From Patescibacteria group bacterium (GTDB lineage: Bacteria; Patescibacteriota; Minisyncoccia; Phycocordibacterales; JBBTRF01), in assembly GCA_038065315.1 (NCBI GenBank), contig JBBTRF010000001.1:592458-656457 (forward strand): a stretch of DNA of 64,000 nt, in the 5' to 3' direction. Position numbers and translations under genes: made by a program. Numbering within the stretch: position 1 is the stretch's first letter; the number at the start of each line of letters is the position of its first letter. This document shows positions 17,184-26,266 of this stretch, piece after piece. The notes below the pieces were generated by a model. That model did not search any database and had not been told where the DNA came from. It saw nothing but the letters and a program-made list of their open reading frames with translations.

Positions 17184-17727
17184 TCTTCTCCCACTCGCTT
17201 CACAAAAATCGGTCTCCAACGAATATCGCTTCCGCGTCGCTTCGGCCTGTATTATTGCATTGGCGGTATTGGTGTTTTTGGCGGGAGTGTCGCTGATCCC
17301 GGCCTATGTTTCCTCGATCAACCAGGCGAAGTTGTTTCAGGCACAATATGATTCGGTGCATGAGGTGGCGGGGCAGAAGGTGGATGATTCCATGGCCAAG
17401 CTGCTTGGTGCGACGAAGGCCAAGCTCGATCTCTCCCAACCATATCTCGAGACTTCGGCGGCGAGCGAGATGGTGTCGCGGGTGGTGGAGCATCAGACTG
17501 CCGGGATCGCCCTCACCGCCTTCCGCTTCGGGGCCGACGAGGTCGCGGAAGGGGTTCGGGCGAGGAAGATCACGATTGCCGGTCGCGCAGCAGACCGGCT
17601 CTCCCTCCTCCATTTCTATCAAAGCCTCCAGGCCGAGAAGAAATTCAAATTGGTCGTGTTGCCGGTACCGGATTTCCAGAAACCGACCAACATCGACTTT
17701 AGCATCTCGTTTATTTCATTGATGTAA
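17176..17727 (+). CDS. pilN: type IV pilus assembly protein PilN-like
   Basis: single N-terminal TM + periplasmic domain, overlaps pilM stop. Confidence 0.6.
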   Translation: MFNLLPLASQKSVSNEYRFRVASACIIALAVLVFLAGVSLIPAYVSSINQAKLFQAQYDSVHEVAGQKVDDSMAKLLGATKAKLDLSQPYLETSAASEMVSRVVEHQTAGIALTAFRFGADEVAEGVRARKITIAGRAADRLSLLHFYQSLQAEKKFKLVVLPVPDFQKPTNIDFSISFISLM

Positions 17728-17731
17728 TCCC

Positions 17732-18286
17732 ATGCGAACCGCTACGCTAAAACTCGCTCTCACCATCTCCGCCGTTCTTTGTGTCGTGGCTGCCGCCGTA
17801 TTGTGGTACGGCTTGTATGAAGTAGGGCAGAAGACCGGGACGATCACGCAGCTCTCCGAACAGATCAAGCAAGAGCAGCACAAAGTCGATCATTTTCAAG
17901 CGTTGAAAAAATTGGCTTCAACCACGGTGGATGAGCGCCTGCGCTTGGACAAGGCATTTTTGAAGAGCACGGAGGTCGCTTCGTTTGCGAGCTATCTCGA
18001 AAAGCTTGCGTCTTCTGTTGGTGCGACGGCCAAGATCACTAGCTACACCACCAGCCAAAATGGCGATGCGGTGTTTGGTACGGAAAATCTCGTCGCCACT
18101 TTGAGCGTGGCGGGATCGTGGTCGGCGGTGACCAACTCGATCCGCCTCCTCGAGCGTCTGCCGTATGTTTCGGCGATCGACAGCGTCGCGTATACCAAGG
18201 GCGCTTCGGAAGATGCGGGCAAGGTGCTCAGCAATGCTCCGTGGACAGCCGTGGTGACATTGCGGGTGGTAAAATACAAGCAATAA
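17732..18286 (+). CDS. pilO: type IV pilus assembly protein PilO-like
   Basis: N-terminal TM, coiled coil, position after pilN. Confidence 0.55.
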   Translation: MRTATLKLALTISAVLCVVAAAVLWYGLYEVGQKTGTITQLSEQIKQEQHKVDHFQALKKLASTTVDERLRLDKAFLKSTEVASFASYLEKLASSVGATAKITSYTTSQNGDAVFGTENLVATLSVAGSWSAVTNSIRLLERLPYVSAIDSVAYTKGASEDAGKVLSNAPWTAVVTLRVVKYKQ

Positions 18287-18318
18287 AAGCGTCGCGCACG
18301 AGCGCGCCACAAACATAC

Positions 18319-18591
18319 ATGAAACACCCCTCACACAACCCATCGCGCGACTGGTACCTGGTGCTCGGCATCACGAGCCTTTTGGCCGTCTCGGTGTTTG
18401 CGTGGGCGTACTGGTTTCACTCGACAGTGAGCCAGCCGGACCCTATCGAAGGCAATGTCGGCACCGTGTCTACGAGTGATGTCCTGGACGGCAAAGTACT
18501 CGACAAGACCAATCGACAATTTCTCGAACGCGCGAGCGAATTCGACAGAGTCCGCTACAGCGCGCCCGTCTCGGTTGACCCAGCCGAGTAA
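18319..18591 (+). CDS. small membrane protein (possible PilP-like), 90 aa
   Basis: ORF with TM helix following pilO. Confidence 0.4.
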   Translation: MKHPSHNPSRDWYLVLGITSLLAVSVFAWAYWFHSTVSQPDPIEGNVGTVSTSDVLDGKVLDKTNRQFLERASEFDRVRYSAPVSVDPAE

Positions 18592-18650
18592 ACGGGTAGT
18601 ATGGGGAAACGCAGTCGGGAAGAGCGGCGCTGGTGCCGCGCAAAAAGCAC

Positions 18651-18722
18651 GCTCCTGTAGTTTAATGGATAAAACTGCGGACTTCTAAGCCGCTGATGCA
18701 AGTTCGATTCTTGCCGGGAGCA
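18651..18722 (+). tRNA. tRNA-Arg (anticodon TCT)
   Basis: manual fold: acceptor GCTCCTG/CGGGAGC, D-arm GTTT/AAAC, anticodon loop CTTCTAA, T-arm GCAAG-TTCGATT-CTTGC. Confidence 0.65.
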
Positions 18723-18828
18723 CATAGAGAGCAAAATCGTGAAAATAGATGAAAAAAGACGTTTTTTCACGATTTTGGGTGATAAAACAGTGAATAGGAG
18801 GCACTTTATGGGTACTATTCACTAAAGA

Positions 18829-18857
18829 TTGACTTTTATAGGTAAATAGACTATACT
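18829..18857 (+). promoter_or_regulatory. sigma70-like promoter TTGACT-17-TATACT upstream of fic
   Basis: read directly. Confidence 0.45.
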
Positions 18858-18883
18858 GTCACTATAAAGCATTATATACACCT

Positions 18884-19786
18884 ATGTCTATAACCAAACC
18901 AATCAAAGATCGCATTCAGGCTCTCAAGGCCGAATATGACGTCCTCCGCAAAGGTAAGGACTCGCTTTTGGCTATGATCGACGATGCCGAAGTGCCGGAA
19001 AGCGTCTACAACTCTAATGCCATCGAAAATTCGACACTCACGCTCAAGGAAACAGAGAAGATTCTTTTGGATATGGAAGTCGCTCGAGATGTTTCTTTGC
19101 GCGAAGTCTTTGAGGCAAAAAATCTTGCTCGAGTCATCGAATACATCCGTAACAAATCGAAAGAGACAGAAGTAAATCGCGAGCTTATTTTGCCTTTGCA
19201 TCAAATGCTGATCGGCGGCATTGACGACAAGATCGCTGGCCGCTTTCGTGGCTCGGGCGAATATGTCCGAGTCGGTACGCATATTGCTCCCGCTCCTGAA
19301 AAAGTTGAGAAGTTGATTGCCTCCAGTATCACTGAATACACGAGCGACATGTCTGCTTATTTTTTGGACAAGATCGCCAAGTTCCACTTGGATTTTGAAA
19401 CTACCCATCCGTTCTGCGATGGCAATGGCCGTATTGGTCGCGTGTTGATTTCTTACCAACTCCAACGTCTTGGCTTCCCGATCATTATCATTCGGGACCG
19501 TGAGAAAAAAGAATACTACAAATCCTTTGGTGACTACCGCGATGGTAAAAAGACCAAGACGCTTGAAAAGGTGATCTATCTTGGCCTGATGGAGTCGCTG
19601 CACAAGCGTATTACGTATCTCAAGGGAGACAAAATTATTCGACTCTCTGAATATACGAAAAGTCACGCTAAGTCTGCTTCAGCGATGACGAACGCCGCTC
19701 GTCGACAGAATATTCCGGCTTTCAGAGAGAAAGGTGTTTGGAAGATCGGCGAAAGTTTTGAGTACACGCCCAGAGACGAAAAATAA
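18884..19786 (+). CDS. Fic family protein (AMPylation/filamentation induced by cAMP domain)
   Basis: Fic motif HPFCDGNGRIGR. Confidence 0.85.
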   Translation: MSITKPIKDRIQALKAEYDVLRKGKDSLLAMIDDAEVPESVYNSNAIENSTLTLKETEKILLDMEVARDVSLREVFEAKNLARVIEYIRNKSKETEVNRELILPLHQMLIGGIDDKIAGRFRGSGEYVRVGTHIAPAPEKVEKLIASSITEYTSDMSAYFLDKIAKFHLDFETTHPFCDGNGRIGRVLISYQLQRLGFPIIIIRDREKKEYYKSFGDYRDGKKTKTLEKVIYLGLMESLHKRITYLKGDKIIRLSEYTKSHAKSASAMTNAARRQNIPAFREKGVWKIGESFEYTPRDEK

Positions 19787-19790
19787 ACTC

Positions 19791-20645
19791 ATGGAACACA
19801 AAAAAGTACAACCAAACGCGACCGCAAAGCCTACTGCCAAGATCGTACCAAAAACCGGCACGCCGGGCGCACCAACATCATGGGGCGGGGTGGCGGATTG
19901 GTATGACGGCCTGCTTGGCGAGGAGGACACGTATCAGAAAGAGGTGATTTTGCCGAACCTGCTCAGGCTCATGGCGCCGAAGGCAGGCATGCATGTTCTC
20001 GACCTGGCTTGTGGACAAGGATTCTTTTCACGCGCCCTTGCTGCGTCTGGCGCCAAGGTGACGGGTGTCGATATTTCTCCCGAGCTCATCGATATCGCTC
20101 GCTCAAAGAGTCCGGTCTCCAAATCGGGCGTGCCGAGCTTTGCAGTGTCGCCAGCGGATCATTTGCCGAGAGTGGATGGCGCGACGTTCGATGTCGTTCT
20201 CATTTCTTTGGCCATTCAAAATATCGAAAATTTGCAGGGGACATTTGACGAATGTGCCCGCGTGCTGAAGCCGGGCGGCAAGCTCTTCATCGTGATGAAT
20301 CATCCGGCGTTTCGTGTGCCGAAGCGTTCCGGTTGGGGTTGGGATGATGCGACAAAGTCGCAGTACCGACGCGTGGATGCGTATCTATCGGAGTCGAAGG
20401 AGGAGATCGTGATGAATCCGGGGAAGGAGGCGGCAGGTGTGGCGCCGGCGGCGAAGACTGTTTCGTTCCACCGACCGCTCCAACTCTATTTCAAGAAATT
20501 GCAGAAGGCGGGGTTTGCGGTGTCGCGTCTCGAGGAGTGGAATTCGCACAAGGAGAGCCAGCCTGGTCCGCGCGGGGCAGAGGAGAATCGTATCCGCAAG
20601 GAGATCCCGATGTTTTTGTGTTTGGAGGGGGTGAAGGTTGTATAG
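19791..20645 (+). CDS. class I SAM-dependent methyltransferase
   Basis: VLDLACGQGFFS (motif I) and Rossmann-fold pattern. Confidence 0.75.
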   Translation: MEHKKVQPNATAKPTAKIVPKTGTPGAPTSWGGVADWYDGLLGEEDTYQKEVILPNLLRLMAPKAGMHVLDLACGQGFFSRALAASGAKVTGVDISPELIDIARSKSPVSKSGVPSFAVSPADHLPRVDGATFDVVLISLAIQNIENLQGTFDECARVLKPGGKLFIVMNHPAFRVPKRSGWGWDDATKSQYRRVDAYLSESKEEIVMNPGKEAAGVAPAAKTVSFHRPLQLYFKKLQKAGFAVSRLEEWNSHKESQPGPRGAEENRIRKEIPMFLCLEGVKVV

Positions 20646-20717
20646 TAAGTTTAACTTTCTAAATCAAGACATCTCTTCAGTTTGTCTGACATGAGAACTG
20701 AACGTTTTGTCACGAAG

Positions 20718-21119
20718 CTATCTGTAAAAAATTTGTAGTAAAACCTGAGCAGACGATGTTACAAGTTCAGGGTGATCTTTTGTGTAGTAAATAAATTTCT
20801 TAAACCATCCATCTGCAGCCGCTAGATCACCATTGCGCATGTCCCGATAAGAGTACTGAAGGTATTCTTTCGCGCTACCCTGCAGAGATCTTATCGCTTC
20901 CTCAAATAACGGGTACTGGTTCTCCGCGACGTAATCTTTTACGCTAAATGTTCCAGCGTTCACAACGCTACCAAGCACTTTCAGGTTTGCCTTGAGGTCG
21001 ATCTCAACACTACCCGTATTCTGAAAATCTCCACCAATTGTAACAGTGCCTCCACTGCCAAATTTTGCCGTTGTTCCCTCAGTGTTGTTCACCCCTTTTG
21101 AAGATACAATAAATGTCAT
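20718..21119 (-). CDS. hypothetical protein (133 aa)
   Basis: ORF only. Confidence 0.35.
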   Translation of the reverse strand: MTFIVSSKGVNNTEGTTAKFGSGGTVTIGGDFQNTGSVEIDLKANLKVLGSVVNAGTFSVKDYVAENQYPLFEEAIRSLQGSAKEYLQYSYRDMRNGDLAAADGWFKKFIYYTKDHPELVTSSAQVLLQIFYR

Positions 21120-21125
21120 GTATTG

Positions 21126-21198
21126 TGCGCCCTGAGGGACTCGAACCCCCGACCTTCGAAGTGTAAATTCGCCGCTCTACCAACTGAGCTAAGGGCGC
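21126..21198 (-). tRNA. tRNA-Val (anticodon TAC)
   Basis: RC fold: acceptor GCGCCCT/AGGGCGC, D-arm GCTC-AGTTGGTA-GAGC, anticodon loop TTTACAC, T-loop TTCGAGT. Confidence 0.7.
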
Positions 21199-21304
21199 AT
21201 GTTTTTCCTTGCTACCTGGAACACAATAGCTTGTTTTTTGTTTTTTATCAAGCTTGATTTCACGTCCTTGTAGAAGTATACTCCACATACAATACGTTCT
21301 CAAT

Positions 21305-21973
21305 ATGAAGCTCACAGAGAAACAAAAAGCGACACAACTACGAAAAGCTGGAATGTCCATGAAGGACATCTCGCGCGAGCTTGCTGTCTCGAAAAGCAGT
21401 GTCAGTCTTTGGGTTCGAGACGTTGTTTTGTCGGACAAGCAGCAAAAAAGGTTGGCTAAGAAGGGTTTCAAAAGGGAAGCTATTGAAAAGCGACGTCAAT
21501 CGAGGCTTCAGAACGAACAGAACAAGCGGGAGGTGTTCATTGAAGGCGGCCGCGACGAAGTTGATTCTATTTCAAAAAAAGATTTAAAGATCATCGGCAC
21601 GATGCTTTATTGGGCAGAAGGGGCGAAGACCAATCGGGGGATGGTTCGATTCACCAACAGCAATCCTCTCATTATTAAGGTGATGATGGAATTTTTTCGA
21701 AAAGAGTGCGCCGTTCCTGAAGAAAAGTTCAGAGGACACATCCATACCCACTCGCATTTGAATGCAAAAAGAGCAGAAGAATACTGGTCCGATGTCACTG
21801 GCATCCCTTTGAAACAATTTTTCAAAACATATTCACGGCCGAGTATTGCGAGCAAAAACAAGAAAGATTCTCTACCTTATGGTACGCTGGAGGTCTGTAT
21901 TTGCGATACCAAGCTTTTCCTGAGGATTCAGGGACTGACAGAAAAGCTCGCAAGTCTAGTAATAGGGCTCTAA
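21305..21973 (+). CDS. HTH-domain protein with degenerate LAGLIDADG-like region (paralogous in architecture to 13486-14496)
   Basis: N-terminal HTH (MSMKDISRELAVSKSSVSLWVRD); IIGTMLYWAEGAK resembles LAGLIDADG block. Confidence 0.5.
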   Translation: MKLTEKQKATQLRKAGMSMKDISRELAVSKSSVSLWVRDVVLSDKQQKRLAKKGFKREAIEKRRQSRLQNEQNKREVFIEGGRDEVDSISKKDLKIIGTMLYWAEGAKTNRGMVRFTNSNPLIIKVMMEFFRKECAVPEEKFRGHIHTHSHLNAKRAEEYWSDVTGIPLKQFFKTYSRPSIASKNKKDSLPYGTLEVCICDTKLFLRIQGLTEKLASLVIGL

Positions 21974-21978
21974 ATATA

Positions 21979-22746
21979 ATGAAAATAGAAATCCTCCACG
22001 AAGACAAGCAGTACCTGGTCATCAACAAGCCGGCCGGCCTTGTCGTGCATGCGGATGGCCGCACCGAAGAGCCGACGTTGGTGGATTGGATCCTCAAAAA
22101 GTACCCAAAAATGAAGAAAGTGGGGGAACCGATTCAGCTCGCCGACGGCACAGAATTGCTCCGTCCAGGCATTGTGCATCGTCTCGATCGTGACACCACC
22201 GGCGTGCTCCTGCTCGCCAAAACTCAGGAGGCTTTCTTGCACGCGAAAGAGCAATTTCAGAATCGCACCACCAAGAAGATCTATCGCGCTTTCGTCTTCG
22301 GCTTGGTGAAGGAGGATGTTGGACAGATCGACCGTCCGATCGGCCGTTCTCGCAGTGACTTCCGTCGATGGACAGCACAGCGTGGCGTACGAGGGGAGAT
22401 GCGCGAGGCGTCCACCCGATATCGCGTACTCGGCCGAGCGCGCGGAGTAGCGGGTGTTGGTCCGGAAATTCCACTCGGAGATTTTACCTATATTGAAGTA
22501 CGCCCGCTCACTGGCCGTACACATCAGATCCGCGTGCACATGAAGGCGATCAATCATCCGCTTGTCGAAGACGGCCTCTACACCGAAAATTTGGTGAAGA
22601 AATTTCCGCATGCGCTCGGCTTTCAGCGCCTCGCGCTCCACGCCTGCCAGCTCGAATTTGCTGATATGAATGGCAAAAAGCTGTCGGTATCCGCGCCACT
22701 ACCGGAAGATTTTCGCCAGGCGGAGGCGATATTTGCCAAAAAATGA
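21979..22746 (+). CDS. RluA-family pseudouridine synthase
   Basis: HRLDRDTTGVLLLAK catalytic motif. Confidence 0.8.
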   Translation: MKIEILHEDKQYLVINKPAGLVVHADGRTEEPTLVDWILKKYPKMKKVGEPIQLADGTELLRPGIVHRLDRDTTGVLLLAKTQEAFLHAKEQFQNRTTKKIYRAFVFGLVKEDVGQIDRPIGRSRSDFRRWTAQRGVRGEMREASTRYRVLGRARGVAGVGPEIPLGDFTYIEVRPLTGRTHQIRVHMKAINHPLVEDGLYTENLVKKFPHALGFQRLALHACQLEFADMNGKKLSVSAPLPEDFRQAEAIFAKK

Positions 22747-22771
22747 GGCCTGTGTTAGATTAAGCCCTACT

Positions 22772-23215
22772 ATGGAAATCAAAGGAATTACCGTTTCACC
22801 GGTTGATATGGCTCAGCGAAAGACCTGGGACATGCGCGGTGGCGACACTGTAAAAGTGACTCAGAAGATCAAGGAAAAGGGCAAGGTCCGACTTCAGGTC
22901 TTTGAGGGCATCGTTCTCGCTCGAAAGCACGGCTCCGATTCAGGCGCGACTTTCACCGTACGAAAGACTGCCAGTGGTGTCGGCGTTGAGCGAGTGTTTC
23001 CTCTCTATTCTCCAAACATCGACAGTCTCGAAGTGACCAAACGAGCCAATGTCCGACGAGCCAAGCTCTATCACATCCGACACAAGGCGACCAAGGAGAT
23101 CAACAAGCAGATGCGAAAGGTTCGATCTTCAAACGACGAAGCACTCGCAGAGACCGCTTCAAAGAATGCGCCGAAGGCCGAAAAGGCCGCTCCAGTCGTG
23201 GAAGCAAAGGCGTAA
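22772..23215 (+). CDS. rplS: 50S ribosomal protein L19 (bL19)
   Basis: GDTVKV...VFEGIV...TFTVRK...GVERVFPLYSP...RRAKLY pattern. Confidence 0.85.
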   Translation: MEIKGITVSPVDMAQRKTWDMRGGDTVKVTQKIKEKGKVRLQVFEGIVLARKHGSDSGATFTVRKTASGVGVERVFPLYSPNIDSLEVTKRANVRRAKLYHIRHKATKEINKQMRKVRSSNDEALAETASKNAPKAEKAAPVVEAKA

Positions 23216-23257
23216 TTCGTCACAATTCCCGCGGCCCGCTCGACTGCTGGCTACGAT

Positions 23258-23725
23258 GTGCACAGACACTCCCCGACAGGGGAGTTTTTGTTATATAATA
23301 CAAGGATGGTAGATGCTCTCAATCTCGGGACACAGTTTTCTGTACCAACCCTGCCTTCGGAGCCGGGCGTTGGTCGCAAGGGCTGGAAAGTCGTGTTCGA
23401 GGTGGTTGTCGTATTGCTCCTGGCTTCAGCGCTGATCGGTTGGTTTGCGATGACGCGCAACCAGACGTCGACCTCGTCGCTTTTGCCGAACAAAGAGGAG
23501 TTGTTGAGAAAGATGGCGGAGCGTCCGGCGGTGTCGCTCACTAATACCGAGAAGCAGTCATTGATGAATGCAATGGCGAATCCTGGACCAATCGAAACAA
23601 CAAGTGTGAAAGTGGTGAATGGCAAGACCACCACTGTGAAGACTTCAGTTGCAGCGGAGCCAAGCGTGACCCTCACAGATGCGCAGCGCGCGGATTTGTT
23701 GCAGAAAATGACGGAGGGGAAGTAG
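23258..23725 (+). CDS. hypothetical membrane-anchored protein
   Basis: ORF with one TM helix. Confidence 0.4.
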   Translation: MHRHSPTGEFLLYNTRMVDALNLGTQFSVPTLPSEPGVGRKGWKVVFEVVVVLLLASALIGWFAMTRNQTSTSSLLPNKEELLRKMAERPAVSLTNTEKQSLMNAMANPGPIETTSVKVVNGKTTTVKTSVAAEPSVTLTDAQRADLLQKMTEGK

Positions 23726-23767
23726 TTGATAAGCTGGAAGTTTTCGGGTATAGTGTCGGTTGTTGCA

Positions 23768-23849
23768 TGCGCGGGTGGTGTAATTGGTAAACATGTACGC
23801 TTGAGGTGCGTATGCCGTAAGGCGTGGAGGTTCAAGTCCTCTCCCGCGC
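23768..23849 (+). tRNA. tRNA-Leu (anticodon GAG), long variable arm
   Basis: acceptor GCGCGGG/CCCGCGC, anticodon stem TACGC/GCGTA loop TTGAGGT, T-loop TTCAAGT. Confidence 0.7.
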
Positions 23850-23862
23850 ACAGTATACAAAA

Positions 23863-23886
23863 AGGCCCGCTTTTGCGGGCCTTTTT
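23863..23886 (+). terminator. rho-independent terminator GGCCCGC-TTTT-GCGGGCC-TTTTT
   Basis: read directly. Confidence 0.75.
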
Positions 23887-23967
23887 GTATACCTGCGGAG
23901 CGGAAATTGTGAAGCAATTTTACGCGTGGCCAAGCCCGATGATGTATAATTGGCACTAATAACCACC

Positions 23968-24516
23968 ATGAAAAACAAGCTCTTCTTTCACGACTTTTTG
24001 ATCTTGGCTGTGAGTATCATCCTTGCGGTTCTCTTGGTGAAGACCGGAGTGCTCTCACAACTACTCATCTCCACGGGTCACGGCCAGTATCTTGGTAGTT
24101 TTGTCGCAGGACTATTTTTCACGTCAGTATTCACTACGGCACCAGCCATCGTCGCACTCGGACAAATTGCCGCGCTGAACACCATCATTCTCACCGCTTT
24201 TTTCGGCGCCATCGGCTCTACGATTGGCGATGTCATCATGTTCCGCTTCATTCGCGATCGTTTCTCGGAGCATTTGCTGGAAGTGGTGTCACACAACACT
24301 ACCACCAAGCGTGTCGGTGCCATCTTTCGTCGTCGCTCATTCCGCCTTTTCACTTTCTTTGTCGGGGGCATGATCATCGCTTCGCCCTTGCCGGATGAGC
24401 TTGGGATTGGCCTCTTGGGCATGTCGCATTTGAAGATGCGCCGGTTCGTGCCGATTTCGTTTGTCTGCAATTTCATCGGTATCGTCCTGATCGGCTTGGC
24501 TGCGCGGGCACTCTAG
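23968..24516 (+). CDS. hypothetical integral membrane protein
   Basis: multiple hydrophobic helices. Confidence 0.5.
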   Translation: MKNKLFFHDFLILAVSIILAVLLVKTGVLSQLLISTGHGQYLGSFVAGLFFTSVFTTAPAIVALGQIAALNTIILTAFFGAIGSTIGDVIMFRFIRDRFSEHLLEVVSHNTTTKRVGAIFRRRSFRLFTFFVGGMIIASPLPDELGIGLLGMSHLKMRRFVPISFVCNFIGIVLIGLAARAL

Positions 24517-24551
24517 AGAGTCGTAAAATCGAAATGGTATAATGAATCTCC

Positions 24552-25121
24552 ATGTTGTATACCCGAAAAGGCGATAAAGGCACGACCAAAACATACGGCT
24601 GCGACCAACGCATCTCGAAAGGCTCGGCTGTAGCCGAAGCGCTCGGCTCGCTCGATGAAGTGAATTCGTTTCTCGGTGTCGTGAAGGTACGGTCGTTCAC
24701 AGCGGGGGAGAAATTCCAATTGGAAAAGTGCAGCTTTGGCGAGATTGTGCATGGGATCCAGCAAACACTGTTCATGGTCCAGGCAGAAGTCGCCGGCTTC
24801 CCGATGCAGATGACCGGCGCGAAAGTAGTGGAGGCGGAAGCGTTGACCGATGCTGCAGAAAAACTCCTTCCGCCGATCAAGACATTTTTCATTTCCGGCG
24901 GGACAGAATTGGCTGCAAGTTTTGATGTGGCGCGCACTCTGGCCCGCCGCGCCGAGCGGCGGGTAGTGGCTGTCGCTGAAGATGTGGCGGAGGGGGGAGC
25001 GGTGAAAGTGTCTCCGGAAACCCTCGCGTACCTCAACCGTCTCTCCAGCCTCCTCTACGCTCTTGCTAGACTTTCTAATCACTTGTCTGGTATAAAGGAG
25101 GAGCCGCCGGCGTATAAGTAG
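24552..25121 (+). CDS. ATP:cob(I)alamin adenosyltransferase, PduO-type (MMAB family)
   Basis: MLYTRKGDKGTT N-terminus and family pattern. Confidence 0.7.
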   Translation: MLYTRKGDKGTTKTYGCDQRISKGSAVAEALGSLDEVNSFLGVVKVRSFTAGEKFQLEKCSFGEIVHGIQQTLFMVQAEVAGFPMQMTGAKVVEAEALTDAAEKLLPPIKTFFISGGTELAASFDVARTLARRAERRVVAVAEDVAEGGAVKVSPETLAYLNRLSSLLYALARLSNHLSGIKEEPPAYK

Positions 25122-25173
25122 CACCACAATACTTTCTATTTACATACGGGCACCCCTGATTTATACTAAGCAG

Positions 25174-25674
25174 ATGGAATCTGTTGTCTGTAGTTATTGT
25201 AAAAAACGATTCTCCAAAAAGAGATCTCAGATCAAGAGGTCACTAGTTTCATATTGCTCCGCTCAATGCCAGCATCAAGCGAGGAAGTCTGGCCGGCAAA
25301 TCTCATGCAGACTCTGCGGAAAAGCTGCATATAAAACAGTCAAATCGTTGAAAGTATCGAAATACAAAGAATACTTTTGCAGCCTAAAATGCAGTAATAT
25401 TGCCAAGGGCAAAAGATCCTTAGGTGAAAATCACCCGAATTGGATCACAGGAGAATATTCTTACAAGGCAAGGTTATCTCGAGAGACTGCCAGAAAACGA
25501 GCGTGCCTACTTTGTGATATAAAGAATCCTTCTGTTTTGGCGGTACACCACATTGATCAGAATAGAAAAAATAACGTGCTAGAAAACCTCGCCTGGCTTT
25601 GCCACAACTGCCATTTTCTCGTACACCATTATCCGGTCGAGAAAAAACGCCTCGCAGGAATTTTGAATAAGTAA
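25174..25674 (+). CDS. HNH endonuclease with N-terminal Cys-rich zinc-ribbon repeats
   Basis: AVHHIDQNRKNNVLENLAWLCHNCH HNH motif. Confidence 0.75.
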   Translation: MESVVCSYCKKRFSKKRSQIKRSLVSYCSAQCQHQARKSGRQISCRLCGKAAYKTVKSLKVSKYKEYFCSLKCSNIAKGKRSLGENHPNWITGEYSYKARLSRETARKRACLLCDIKNPSVLAVHHIDQNRKNNVLENLAWLCHNCHFLVHHYPVEKKRLAGILNK

Positions 25675-25681
25675 GACCAAC

Positions 25682-26167
25682 ATGCCAATTACTAACTGTG
25701 CACAGTGTCGAGGCGAATTTTATGCAAAACCCTATCACTTACGGAAGGGGCAGGGCAGATTTTGTTCTATCAAGTGCAAAGGTCGAGCAAGTGAAATTTC
25801 GATCCAATTCGATTGCGCTGTTTGCAAGAAAAAGATCGAGCGACTACCAAGCCGAGTGTCGCGCTCGAAAAGCGGTAAATTCTTTTGTACAAAATCTTGC
25901 CAGACGATCTGGAGAAATCAGGAGTTCTCAGGTGTTCGGCACAAGGGTTGGAAAGACGGGTCTTCACGATACCGAGAGATATTGCTCAGGAGTAACAGGG
26001 TGCAGAAGTGTGCAGGTTGTCATGTAACGGACGTACGGATTTTGGCCGTACATCATGTTGACCAAAACAGAAAAAATAACGTGCTCGGTAATCTAAGGTG
26101 GCTTTGCCACAATTGCCATTATCTGGCACATCATGATAGTCTAGGTATGTCGTCAAGAAAACACTAG
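25682..26167 (+). CDS. HNH endonuclease, tandem paralog of upstream gene
   Basis: AVHHVDQNRKNNVLGNLRWLCHNCH; same architecture. Confidence 0.75.
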   Translation: MPITNCAQCRGEFYAKPYHLRKGQGRFCSIKCKGRASEISIQFDCAVCKKKIERLPSRVSRSKSGKFFCTKSCQTIWRNQEFSGVRHKGWKDGSSRYREILLRSNRVQKCAGCHVTDVRILAVHHVDQNRKNNVLGNLRWLCHNCHYLAHHDSLGMSSRKH

Positions 26168-26184
26168 AAAATATTGACGTGTTA

Positions 26185-26259
26185 TGGTCTCTATGGTGTA
26201 GTGGTAGCACGGACCCCTGTGGAGGGTTAAGCTCGGGTTCGAACCCCGATAGAGACCCC
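26185..26259 (+). tRNA. tRNA-His (anticodon GTG) with encoded G-1 and 3' CCA
   Basis: G-1:C73, acceptor GTCTCTA/TAGAGAC, anticodon loop CTGTGGA, T-arm TCGGG-TTCGAAC-CCCGA. Confidence 0.75.
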
Positions 26260-26266
26260 AAGAAGT

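Noticed and set aside
18872-19666. 264-aa minus-strand ORF
   Set aside because: Antisense to Fic gene carrying the HPFx(D/E)GNGR motif.
21079-21471. 130-aa minus-strand ORF
   Set aside because: Overlaps tRNA-Val and the start of the HTH protein gene; no support.
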